Assembly: GCA_002269645.1 (NCBI GenBank)
Contig: NIVC01000924.1
Span: 62,001-126,000 of the forward strand
Direction: 5' to 3'
DNA: 64,000 bases
Source: Macrostomum lignano
Taxonomy: Eukaryota
Position numbers and translations under genes: made by a program. Positions 12,465-23,994 of the stretch are shown one piece after another (position 1 is the first letter of the stretch; every line of letters starts with the position of its first letter). The notes beneath the pieces are model-generated. The model ran no database searches. It was not told where the DNA came from and worked only from the letters and a program-made list of their open reading frames with translations.

Positions 12465-13483
12465 GGCACAGTATATTCTATCAAGCTATTTTTTGGGGGG
12501 AAGGGAGAGATGGCCATTCCCCTTGCTTTCCCCCTAAATCTGCCCCTAACTATAGGTCTAAATTTGTGTTATAACTTTCAATGACACCTTTTGCTTCTTA
12601 GCAAAAGTATTTATTTTGTATATTGGCTATAATAATACAACTAATATCAGTGTTCACTTATTTGGTCTAGGTCACTAGGACTAGATATAAATTATTTAGG
12701 GTATAATAGAGATTAGAAATATTAAAATTTAATTATGATATAATTTAGCCTTTTTGTATTTGCTATTGGTATATTGCTAGGTCTTTGTATGATTAAATGC
12801 TAGTGCCTAGACCTACAATATTCAAAAAAGAAATCTTGAAATTTGACACAAATAGGTTTTGAAAATTCATACACAATAACTAATTGACTTAATAGATCTA
12901 GCTAGGTAAAGAAAAAGGCTGTTGGCCAAGGTAAGCTAGCAACAAAACCTACCCTTCCCTTAGTCAAAAATAAAAAAACAGTTTAAATTAGTTAGAGCCT
13001 GATGAAGCCAAGAAATAGGCAAGATATGAAGAAGATAAAGTAAAGTAAATACAAATATAGACAAGAGAAACAATAGCAAAAAGGAGAAGGAAAACATAAA
13101 AGAAGTTGCAACTGGACCACTATAGCAAGCTTAGTTATATTTGTGCAGATTAAAAGTTCATGAATGTGCATGCATGAAATTAATTCAAGTATCAAATTAT
13201 TAGACCTAGTAATGCTATTTAAAAATCAGCTATTTAAGTAGAAAAAGACTTTAGCACATAGGCCAATATATTATATATTTAATAAACTTTATTGTTGTTT
13301 AATTTTAAGTTGTTAAATATTTTAAAAGTTAAACTTTATCTTGTATACTATTGTAAATACTAAAACATTTTACTATTTAATTTTAACTTTTGTTAACAAA
13401 ACTGATATCCATATATTTGCATGCCAAAACATAGAGACCATTCGAGTTAACAATACATCTCAACTCAGAAGCATTCCCAAGTC

Positions 13484-16400
13484 ATGTCATTCAAGTACAT
13501 TGATTTATCAGAATTTGATCCTCTGTCTATTGCTGACAATGAAACTGCAACTGCACCAGAAACTTTACACTTCCAAGAGGATCATTATGGAGAGCAGCAG
13601 CAGCAGCAGCAGCATTCGCCTCAGGTTTGGCAACCTTTGGAGCAATGTTTAAAGTCATCACCGGCATCGCATAACTCTGATAGCAGCAGCAGCCACATTC
13701 AGCCCCTGGAGCTGCCCAACTCAGCTGACCTGCACTGGTTCTCAGCAGATGCCAATGGCGACAATCAGCGCGAGGCAAAGCGTCATTTACTGCGCGATTA
13801 TTTACGCGAACGTCAACGCGAATTCACCAACTATAGCGATCTGCTGGTCCACTGCGGCACTTGGAATGTCAACAATCAATTTGATGACTCATTCGACCTG
13901 ACCGAATGGCTGCAACCGCCAAGGGATCAGCGAGCGCCGGATATCTATGCATTGGGATTCCAGGAGCTGGACATGTCGCCTCTGAGTAATACCATGACTT
14001 ATATTACTCAGAGATCCGATCGGGAAGAAAAGTGGATCAGACTGTGCCAACGCTGCTTCCCAAGGTTAGCTGGATTCTTGAATTAAAAATGGCCAAAAAT
14101 TGTATTAAAAATTCACCATTAGGCTGTTTATACAGAATTGCCCATAAACTGTTTAAAGAATCGGTCCATGAACTGTTTACGGAATCGCCTATTAACTGTT
14201 TATATAATCGCCCTTTAAACAGATTAAAGAATCGCATATAAACTGTTTACAGAATCGCCCATAAACTGTTTCCATATAATCGCCCCATAGACTGTTTAAA
14301 GAATCGCCCATAAAATGTATATATATTCCCTCATAAACTGTTTAAATTATCGCCCATAAACTGTTTGAAAAATCGCCTATGAAATGTTTAGATATTTATC
14401 CCATAAACTGTTTAAAGAATCGCTCATAAACTGTTTACAGAATCGCCAATAAACTGTTTAGATATATTCACCCCATGAACTGTTTAGATATATTCACCCC
14501 ATAAACTGTTTACAGAATCGCCCATAAACTGTTTAGATATTCCCCCATAAACTGTTTACAGAATCGCCCATAAACTGTTTAGATATTCCCCCATAAACTG
14601 TTTACAGAATCGCCCATAAACTGTTTAGATATTCCCCCATAAACTGTTTACAGAATCGCCCATAAACTGTTTAGATATTCCCCATAAACTGTTTACAGAA
14701 TCGCCCATAAACTGTTTAGATATTCCACCATAAACTGTTTACAGAATCGCCCATAAACTGTTTAGATATTCCCCATAAACTGTTTACAGAATCGCCCATA
14801 AACTGTTTAGATATTCCCCCATAAACTGTTTACAGAATCGCCCATAAACTGTTTAGATATTCCCCCATAAACTGTTTACAGAATCGCCCATAAACTGTTT
14901 AGATATTCCCCCATAAACTGTTTACAGAATCGCCCATAAAATGTTTAGATATTCCCCCATAAACTGTTTACAGAATCGCCCATAAACTGTTTAGATATTC
15001 ACCCCATAAACTGTTTACAGAATAGCCCCATAAATGGTTTACAAAATCGCCAAGCTGAAAATAAACCTTGAAACGTTTATCTCTATCTCGCAGCTCGCAC
15101 TGCTACAGCATAGTGAAGACAGTACGCCTGCTCTCAACATTCCTGCTCGTGGCAGCAAAAGACTCGCTACGCAACGACATACACAGCATCCGGTTCGGCA
15201 CCCAAGCCACCGGTCTGATGGGTTTTGGTCCTAACAAAGGCGGAACCGCGGTCCGATTTCAACTGGGCGATACTCAGTTCACCTTTGTGAACTGCCACCT
15301 GGCAGCCGGTGAAGATAAGCTGGAGAATCGCTACAACGATTTTCGCGATATTCAACAGAAACTAAAGCTGATGTTTGAGGGCACGGCTGGTCGCTACGAA
15401 CTGCTTAGTCACGTTGGCGACGCGGTTGGAAGTCACGTGACTTTTTTCTTTGGCGATTTAAATTTCCGACTGTCTGGCGTCAGTAAAGAGGCTGTGGAGG
15501 CCAGACTGTTTGACACGGAGCGACCGGGTGCTGTGGAAGAGCTGCTGGCCCGCCACGATGAGCTCAGGAGGGCCAGGGCTCAGGCTCGATATGGGAATAT
15601 CTTTCTGGTGAGTTCAGAATTACTTAAAGTATTTCAATTATTTGTTTTAGCTAAATTTTTCATAAGACTGGCTATTGATGCTTGATAAACTGAGGGTTGA
15701 TGAACTGAGGGTTGATAAACTGAGGGTTGATGAACTGAGGGTTGATAAACTGAGGGTTGATAAACTGAGGGTTGATAAACTGAGGGTTAATAAACTGAGG
15801 AGCGATAAACCGAGGGTTAATAAACTGAGGGGTTAATAAACTGAGGGGTTAATAAACTGAGGGTTGATAAGCTGATAGTTGATAAACTGAGGGTTGATAA
15901 ACTGAGGGTTGATATACTGATAGTTAATAAACTGATAGTTGATAAACTGAGGGTTGATGAACTGAGGGTTGATAAACTGATAGTTGATAAACTGAGGGTT
16001 GATAAACTGAGGGTTAATAAACTGAGGATCGATAAACCGAGGGTTAATAAACTGAGGGGTTAATAAACTGAGGGGTTAATAAACTGAGGGTTGATAAACT
16101 GATAGTTGATAAACTGAGGGTTGATAAACTGAGGGTTGATAAACTGAAGGTTGATAAACTGAGGGTTGATAAACTGAGAGTTGATGAACTGAGGGTTGAT
16201 GAACTGAGGGTTGATAAACTGATAGTTGATAAACTGAGGGTTGATAAACTGAGGGTTGATAAACTGAAGGTTGATAAACTGAGGGTTGATAAACTGAGGG
16301 TTGATAAACTGAAGGTTGATAAACTGAGGGTTGATAAACTGAGGGTTGATAAACTGAGGGTTGATAAACTGAAGGTTGATAAACTGAGGGTTGATAAACT

Positions 16401-18001
16401 GAGGGTTAATAAACTGAGGGTTGATAAACTGAAGGTTGATAAACTGAGGGTTGATATACTGAGGGTTGATATACTGAGGGTTGATATACTGAGGGTTGAT
16501 AAACTGATAGTTGATAAACTGATAGTTGATAAACTGAGGGTTAAGTTGTAGCTGACTAGCAAGAATTTACGACTGTGTGAATTGTTTCGAGCTCGTGAAG
16601 CTTCGAGCTTGTGGAAGATTTCGACTTTCCAGGATGTGATATTTGTAATTCCGAGCTTATGAATGAATCGCATACCCCTATCCACAGAGCTACTCAGAAG
16701 CCAGCATAGACTTCTGGCCAACCTACAAATACGAGATTGGCAGTCAGAGATTCGACTCGGAGAAAGTTCGCGTGCCCAGCTGGTGTGACCGCATTCTCTA
16801 CCGAGCGGAGGATGTGCGCTGCGAGCCTCTAAAATATCGCAGTCAGCACAGTTATGTATACAGCGATCACAAACCGGTAACTTGCACATTCAACACCCAG
16901 GTGGCCAGAGTGGATGTTGAACGGCAGAAACGAACTATAAAACGTGGCGTGCAGTGGTTGGACTCGTTAGAGAATGCCGTACTGCCGCAGTGCACTCTGG
17001 AGCCCGGACACGAGGTGCAGTTTGGAGAGCTAAGCTTCTCTGATACTTATAGGGTGAGCTTCTCTGTTGCATTGATTTTTCCCTGCGGTTAGGGTAAGCT
17101 GCAAGGTGTGAACTAATCAAGGGTAATTAGATAAGCTACACAGGTGTGAACTAATCAAGGGTAATTAGATAAGCTACACAGGTGTGAACTAATCAAGGGT
17201 AATTAGATAAGCTACATAGGTGTGAACTAATCAAGGGTAATTAGATAAGCTACACAGGTGTGAACTAATTAAGGGTAATTAGATAAGCTACACAGGTGTG
17301 AACTAATCAAGGGTAATTAGATAAGCTACACAGGTGTGAACTAATCAAGGGTAAATAGATAAACTACACAGGTGTGAACTAATCAAGGGCTTAGATATGC
17401 TACACAGGTGTGAACTAATCAAGGGTAATTAGATAAGCTACACAGGTGTGAACTAATCAAGGGCTTAGATATGCTACACATTTCAGGCCACTTCAACGCC
17501 TCCTACCCCCCCCCCCCCACTAACCCAAACCAACCCAACAGGCCAGTCTGACCCTCCGCAACACTGGCCGGGTGTCAGCCAGCTGGCAGCTGATGCCAAC
17601 GCCTGGCGGCGAGTTCAGCGGCGTGCACGCCTCCCCGGTGGAGTCTCGCATCCCCATAGGCGGCAGCGAGACCATCATGCTGGACGCCACGCTGGGCCCT
17701 TGTCAGTGGCCGCAGGCGGTTCAGCGTTGGGCCGCCGGCAAGGCCGACTCAGCATTCGCCCCCGGCGACGTCCTCGTCATCGCCCTGATTGGCGGGCCGC
17801 ACATTTTTGCTGTGCCAAAGGGAGACATTGTGCCCAGCTGCTACGGCCTGCCTCTGGCCTGTCTGTGCCGGCTGAGGGAGCCCGTGCTCAAGACTGACCG
17901 GCAGAGCTTCAGGCGTCTGCTGAGGGACTGCTTGGAGTCCGCCAGCTCGTCTGAGACCTGCTCCAGTGAGTGACAGACAGACACACAGACAGACAGATAA
18001 A

Positions 18002-18076
<75 letters not shown>

Positions 18077-18176
18077 TAGAAGACAGACAGACAGACAGAT
18101 AGAAGACCGACAGACAGACAGACAGACAGACACACAGACAGATAGCAGACAGACAAACAGACAGACAGATAGACAC

Positions 18177-18209
<33 letters not shown>

Positions 18210-18224
18210 TAGACAGACAGACAC

Positions 18225-18317
<93 letters not shown>

Positions 18318-18456
18318 TAGAAGACAGACAGACAGACACACAGACAGACAGACAGATAGAAGACAGACAGACAGACAGATAGAAGACCGACAGACAGACA
18401 GACAGACAGACACACAGACAGATAGCAGACAGACAGACAGACAGACAGATAGACAC

Positions 18457-18489
<33 letters not shown>

Positions 18490-18556
18490 TAGACAGACAG
18501 ACACACAGATAGACAGACAGACAGACAGACACACAGACAGACAGACAGACAGACAC

Positions 18557-18589
<33 letters not shown>

Positions 18590-19329
18590 TAGAAGACAGA
18601 CAGACAGACACACAGACAGACAGGTAGACAGACAGACAGACAGACAGACAGGCAGGCAGACAGACAGACAGAGACTGCAGGTGTTTAAATCTAATAGAAT
18701 ACGCTGAATTGGAATATTCAACTTATTAGATGACGAGGAGACAGTGGCATTTACTAAAGCCGTTTACTCGAGATCATAAAAACTCGAATTCCCCCTTTGC
18801 AGACCTCGGGCCGCCCGTCCACCCGATCCCTGTCGAGGTCACCCGCCTGCTCGAGGCCACTGGGGACCCGGACTCGCCGCTGCTCCTGCCGGCCGACCCG
18901 TCAGAGGAGGACGCCTCGATGCCGTCCGACTCGCAGCTGGCCAGCATCGCCGACGCGCTCAGCCGTGGCGCCGAACTGCCGGCCAGGCTGCCGCCAGGCG
19001 CCATCCTGCAGGCGCTGCTGCTGCTGCTGCACATGCTGCCGGACAGGCCGCTACTGCCCGGGGCCAGGCAGAGCCAGCTGGCCCGCGACCTGCTGTCCCG
19101 CGTGTTCGCCTGGGCGAGGCGCCTGCTGAAGGGTCCGAATTGGCGCCACCGGGACGCGCTGGTGCTGAGGCTGGCGCGCGCACTGGACCGTCCGGTCGCC
19201 GGCTCTGCGCCACCATCGGAGGCAGCTATTCGGGAGGTACGGCGAGGACTTGAGCAGTCAGCAAACGGCGGTGCTCAGGGAGCTGCTCAGCCGCAGGCGT
19301 TCAGACAGCCGGATTTGATCCAGCTGTAG
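13484..19329 (+). CDS. OCRL/INPP5B: OCRL/INPP5B-type inositol polyphosphate 5-phosphatase with ASH and RhoGAP-like domains; exons 13484-14064, 15094-15607, 16688-17053, 17542-17965, 18803-19329; about 803 aa
   Basis: [45 protein letters not shown] and SDHKPV motifs; ASH-like LRNTG; C-terminal PIPVEV. Splice phases sum to an intact frame. Confidence 0.92.
14140..15050. repeat. 23+23-bp dimeric minisatellite (CCCATAAACTGTTTACAGAATCG / CCCATAAACTGTTTAGATATTCC) in OCRL intron 1
   Basis: Alternating units with a 46-bp higher-order period (14521/14567). Confidence 0.95.
15683..16543. repeat. 15-bp minisatellite (GATAAACTGAGGGTT) in OCRL intron 2
   Basis: Tandem units read directly. Confidence 0.97.
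17090..17480. repeat. 38-bp minisatellite (TAATCAAGGGTAATTAGATAAGCTACACAGGTGTGAAC) in OCRL intron 3
   Basis: Period 38 (17105/17143). Confidence 0.95.
17972..18675 (+). repeat. (GACA)n microsatellite in OCRL intron 4
   Basis: Starts immediately after the GTGAGT donor. Confidence 0.98.
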
Positions 19330-19494
19330 CGATCGTTGTGGCCAAGTTTATAGCGGTGAGACAGATGCCTATAGTAGTAGTGTACTTGTATATTATCCCA
19401 ATCTTTTATTTAGATTCCTAATTCCCAATCTACTTTAGATTCTACTTGCTATAAATCTATGATTCTATTGAATCTATCATCGATTATACTTTTA

Positions 19495-19940
19495 GCAAAA
19501 TCCCCGATCCTATTAGGGAAATCTCCGATCAAGGGGAATCCCTGATCCTATTAAGGAAACCCTGGTCCATATCCTTTTAGAATAATCCCCAATCCTATTA
19601 GAGGAATCCCCGATCCTTTTAGGGAAATCCCAATCCTATTAGGGAAAGTCCGATCCCATTAGGGAAATCCCCAATCTTATTAGGGAAACCCAGATCCTAT
19701 TAGGGGAATCCCCGTTCCTATTAGGAAAAACCTGATCCCATTATGGGAATCCCCGATCCTATTAAGAAAATCCTGATCCCTTTAGGGGAATCCCTGATCC
19801 TATTAGGAAAATCCTGATCCCATTAGGGGAATCCCTGATCCTATTAGGGAAACCCTGATCCCATTAGGGGAATCCCTGATCCTATTAGGGAAACCCTGAT
19901 CCCATTAAGGGAATCCCCAATCATATTCAGGGAATCCCTG
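19495..19940. repeat. Degenerate 20-21-bp minisatellite (ATTAGGGGAATCCCTGATCC) 3' of OCRL
   Basis: Tandem units read directly. Confidence 0.9.
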
Positions 19941-21296
19941 ATTTTACTTTAGGAATCTCCTAAGGTGCGTGAAAATCGAATAGTCTATGTGGTAATCCCC
20001 TTCCATGTAGGAACCCGCCTATTCCGCGTGATAATCCAATCCCTATACTAAAAATGGTTTTCCTATCTATAATAGTGCTCAATTTTACAACCTTTACAAT
20101 TTCCAGCTTATGTCAGCGATGGTCTGCCCAAATAAATGTTCAAGCGCCGTTTATTGAAACCAGCTTAATATATAACAAGTTTTATTGATATTTACTGAAC
20201 ATAACACATTACTGAAACAGCATGTTCTCATTAGCGACATAATATTCTGGATTTTTTTTGTTATATTCCCAGGAAAAAAGGTATAGGTGACATTTATAAC
20301 CTCTATATGCATATCTATCTACATGTGAACGCTAATAGAGATTAACAGCTTCAAAATGGACAGCTCTCTTGATACCTTTTACTTTCCTATATCATTTCTA
20401 TCATTCTATGGTTGTCGTGTTTATTGGCAATGAGTTCAAACTATCGCTACTATTAGTAGGGCATTTCTTGTTTCAATCTTAGCATAACTTATTTTTAGTT
20501 TATTGCGTGTTGAGTTATGAATATGTCTGTTTAGAGATTTCGGTTCAAAATTCAAGTCAATTCCTTTTAAAAGCCATGAAATGCCTTATTTGAGTATTTA
20601 AATTAATAATCATCAATCAATATTGCTTCAGGTGCGCAACATACCTGCCGTACTTAAATTTCTGAAAAATGAAAATATTTTTGTACTTTCAACAATAATA
20701 TACACTATGCATGCAAAAAACTTGACATTTATTTTATAAAAAGAAAATACCTATTATTTTCAATGAGCAGTGCCATAACTGCAGTTATAAAAATATTTGT
20801 GTTCTATTGTATTCAATGTTTTGTCAACAGTAGAAGCAGCCGCTGTGAGAGATGTGACCCGGTGTTTTTGTGATGAAGTTTAATGGCTTTTATCTTGATT
20901 TCGACTCCTTCAAATTGAAATTAAAGTTGGACATCACCTGGGCTGCCTCCCTGCAAAAATAATGCCAGGAATTATGGACTGGCATTCCATTAGGATGTTG
21001 AGTTGACAAAATACATATGTGATGTTTAAAACGATTTAAAGCCAATTGTCCAGCTTCCATGGAGTATTTTGAGATTATCTGAGTGGACTGGACTAAACTT
21101 AGCATGCGTACATAAGATGGGTAACTACGCGTTTCTGGGAAACTTTAGGTGGTAGGTTTTGCCGAAGAATGCACTATTTCATTTCATTTTTTGGTGAAGG
21201 GTTTTCATTTTTCAGCAGAATTGTTATTGATTTTGATACATCTTGCCTTCTTAAAGCTCTATTGATATTCATAGTTAAGAGTGATAAAATATATAA

Positions 21297-22689
21297 TCCA
21301 GAGTAGATGTCATTATGGGACTTTTGCGATTTCTATGCTTTTTTACTTTATCCCCCTTAGATCATCAACTACTAAAATCTATTTAAACATAATTAATTCC
21401 CTAACACCTAAAAGCAACCACCCCATCAAAATACTTACAACTACTAGTCTGAGGGGATTTTGTTTTTTTGTGCCAAAACCCCCAGTAAAAAATCAACACC
21501 CAACACCTGACACCCATCATCTGACAACCAACACCTAACACCCGACACCTAAACCCTAGAGCAATTTCTTTGCAGCTCTTTCTGCTTTTCGTCATTGCAT
21601 ACCACAGATACTATATAACTGTATATAGCATGACTTTGCATACAGAAAAGTCATACACAGGTCATCGCAGATGTCGTTGTTAAGCTCTTGAAGTATAAAG
21701 TCTGAGCGATAAATTTTCTGTCCTTTTAAGTAATTTCTTAGTTCTTCGGGTGGAGCTGTTCCATAGTTATCAGGTGTCAGGTGTCAGGTGTTAGTGTCAG
21801 ATGCTGGGTGTCAGATGTTGGGTGTCAGGTGTTGGTGTCAGATGCTGGGTGTCAGATGTTGGGTGTCAGATGTTGGGTGTCAGATGATGGGTGTCAGATG
21901 TTGGGTGTCAGATGATGGGTGTCAGGTGTTCGGTGTCAGATGATGGGTGTCAGGTGTTGGGTGTCAGATGATGGGTGTCAGGTGTTGGGTGTCAGATGTT
22001 GGGTGTCAGATGATGGGTGTCAGGTGTTGGCTGTCAGATGTTGGGTGTCAGATGATGGGTGTCAGGTGTTGGGTGTCAGATGCTGGGTGTCAGATGCTGG
22101 GTGTCAGATGTTGGGTGTCATGTTGGGTGTCAGATGATGGGTGTCAGGTGTTGGGTGTCAGATGTTGGGTGTCAGATGATGGGTGTCAGGTGTTGGGTGT
22201 CAGATGCTGGGTGTCAGATGCTGGGTGTCAGATGTTGGGTGTCATGTTGGGTGTCAGATGATGGGTGTCAGGTGTTGGGTGTCAGATGTTGGGTGTCAGA
22301 TGATGGGTGTCAGGTGTTGGGTGTCAGATGCTGGGTGTCAGATGCTGGGTGTCAGATGTTGGGTGTCATGTTGGGTGTCAGGTGTTGGGTGTCAGATGTT
22401 GGGTGTCAGATGATGGGTGTCAGGTGTTGGGTGTCAGATGATGGGTGTCAGGTGTTGGGTGTCAGATGATGGGTGTCAGATGATGGGTGTCAGGCGTTGG
22501 GTGTTGGGTGTCATCGCTTAAAATCCGCTTAGATTAGTAGTTGTAAGCATTGCGATGGGGTGGTTGGTTTTAGGTGTTAGGGCATTATGTTTAAATAGAT
22601 TTTAGTAGTTGATGATGTAAGGGGGATACTCGTAAAGTGAAAAAGCATCGAATCGCCAAAAGTCCCATGATGACATCTACTACCCTGGA
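21297..22689. mobile_element. Foldback-like non-autonomous TIR element with about 165-bp arms and an internal 14-bp array
   Basis: 21297-21460 is the reverse complement of 22519-22689. The 14-bp unit is inverted at 21498-21555 and expanded at 21774-22512. No TSD found. Confidence 0.8.
21774..22512. repeat. 14-bp minisatellite (TGGGTGTCAGATG[T/A/C])
   Basis: Tandem units read directly. Confidence 0.96.
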
Positions 22690-23149
22690 CTGCTACTCGT
22701 CGGTAGCACATTGCGAATGTATATACTAATTTTAGTTCTTGAGGAGACCTACTGATCCCAATTAGATTGCCAGGCCTTTAGCCAACTAAAAACAGTACAG
22801 GTAATCCAAAACAAATAAAATCAACCTCATTATTTAATAAAGTATAAAAGTACAAGTTACACTTTCAATATAGTGAAACTTTATTTTCAAAGCTTCGGTT
22901 TTGTTGATAAACAATATTGATACATAAGTTTATTATTATAATTATAAAACCATGTGTTTAACTACTTTAAATAAGTTGGTTGAAGATAAATGTAGTTCGC
23001 AAAAATACAATTAAATCAATAAAGAACGATTGAAAAAATACAGTCCACAGTTTAGCAGTTACAAAAGTACAAGTACAAAAATGCCGTTAAAAATACATCA
23101 ATTGTGAGTTACATAAAGATGAAAAGCAATGAGAAATAGACGCGGAACT

Positions 23150-23960
23150 AATCATGTAGACTCGGAACTCACGAGATTGAGAAGTAGACTCAGAACTCGT
23201 GAGATTGAGAAGTAGACTCGGAACTCGTGAGATTGAGAAGTAGACTCGGAACTCGTGAGATTGAGAAGTAGACTCACGAGATTGAAAAGTAGACTCTGAA
23301 CTCATTAAATTGAGAAGTAGACTCGGAACTCATAAAATTGAGAAGTAGACTCGGAACTCATGACATTGAGAAGTAGACTCGGAACTCATGACATTGAGAA
23401 GTAGACTCGGAACTCATGACATTGAGAAGTAGACTCGGAACTCATTAAATTGAGAAGTAGACTCGTGAGATTGAGAAGAGACTCATGACATTGAGAAGTA
23501 GACTCGGAACTCATTAAATTGAGAAGTAGACTCGTGAGATTGGGAAGAGACTCATGACATTGAGAAGTAGACTCGGAACTCATTAAATTGAGAAGTAGAC
23601 TCGTGAGATTGAGAAGAGACTCATGAGATTGAGAAGTAGACTCGGAACTCATAAAATTGAGAAGTAGACTCGGAACTCATAAAATTGAGAAGTAGACTCG
23701 GAACTCATGACATTGAGAAGTAGACTCGGAACTCATTAAATTGAGAAGTAGACTCGTGAGATTGAGAAGAGACTCATGACATTGAGAAGTAGACTCGGAA
23801 CTCATTAAATTGAGAAGTAGACTCGTGAGATTGGGAAGAGACTCATGAGATTGAGAAGTAGACTCGGAACGAATGACATTGAGAAGTAGACTTGTGAAAT
23901 TGAGAAGTAGACTCATGAGATTGAGAAGTAGACTCATGAGATTGAGAAGTAGACTCGGAG
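23150..23960. repeat. 28/21-bp minisatellite (GAGATTGAGAAGTAGACTC[GGAACTC]AT) in the LIG1 3' UTR/flank
   Basis: Periods 28 and 21; begins about 35 nt after the LIG1 stop. Confidence 0.95.
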
Positions 23961-23994
23961 CTAATCTGATGCAGGGTGGAGTCTCCAACAGAGC

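Larger units (their letters stand above)
11741..12548 (+). mobile_element. hAT-type MITE, family B copy 1, interrupted by nested copies A2 and B2
   Basis: TIR-like ends (GAGTGGCAGATCTAG / CTAAATCTGCCCCT); perfect 8-bp TSD ACTATAGG at 11733-11740 and 12549-12556. Confidence 0.75.

Noticed and set aside
16044-16889. 281-aa Ser/Thr/Leu-rich minus-strand ORF
   Set aside because: Translation of the 15-bp array plus the antisense of OCRL exon 3.
17481-17541. Upstream TTTCAG acceptor for OCRL exon 4
   Set aside because: It lies 55 nt upstream, out of frame; the downstream CAG has a CTAAC branch point and gives the ASH motif. The poly-C length is uncertain, so it is not fully excluded.
17749-18721. 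CLSV/DRQT repeat ORFs (also 25750-26192 and 56909-58182)
   Set aside because: Translations of (GACA)n/(CTGT)n microsatellites.
18727-18802. Alternative TAG acceptor giving a short OCRL end without the RhoGAP-like domain
   Set aside because: Weak pyrimidine tract compared with the TTTGCAG at 18802; no supporting evidence.
20800-21180. Minus-strand ORF remnant (71 aa), possibly a transposase fragment
   Set aside because: No diagnostic motif, TIR or TSD could be assigned.
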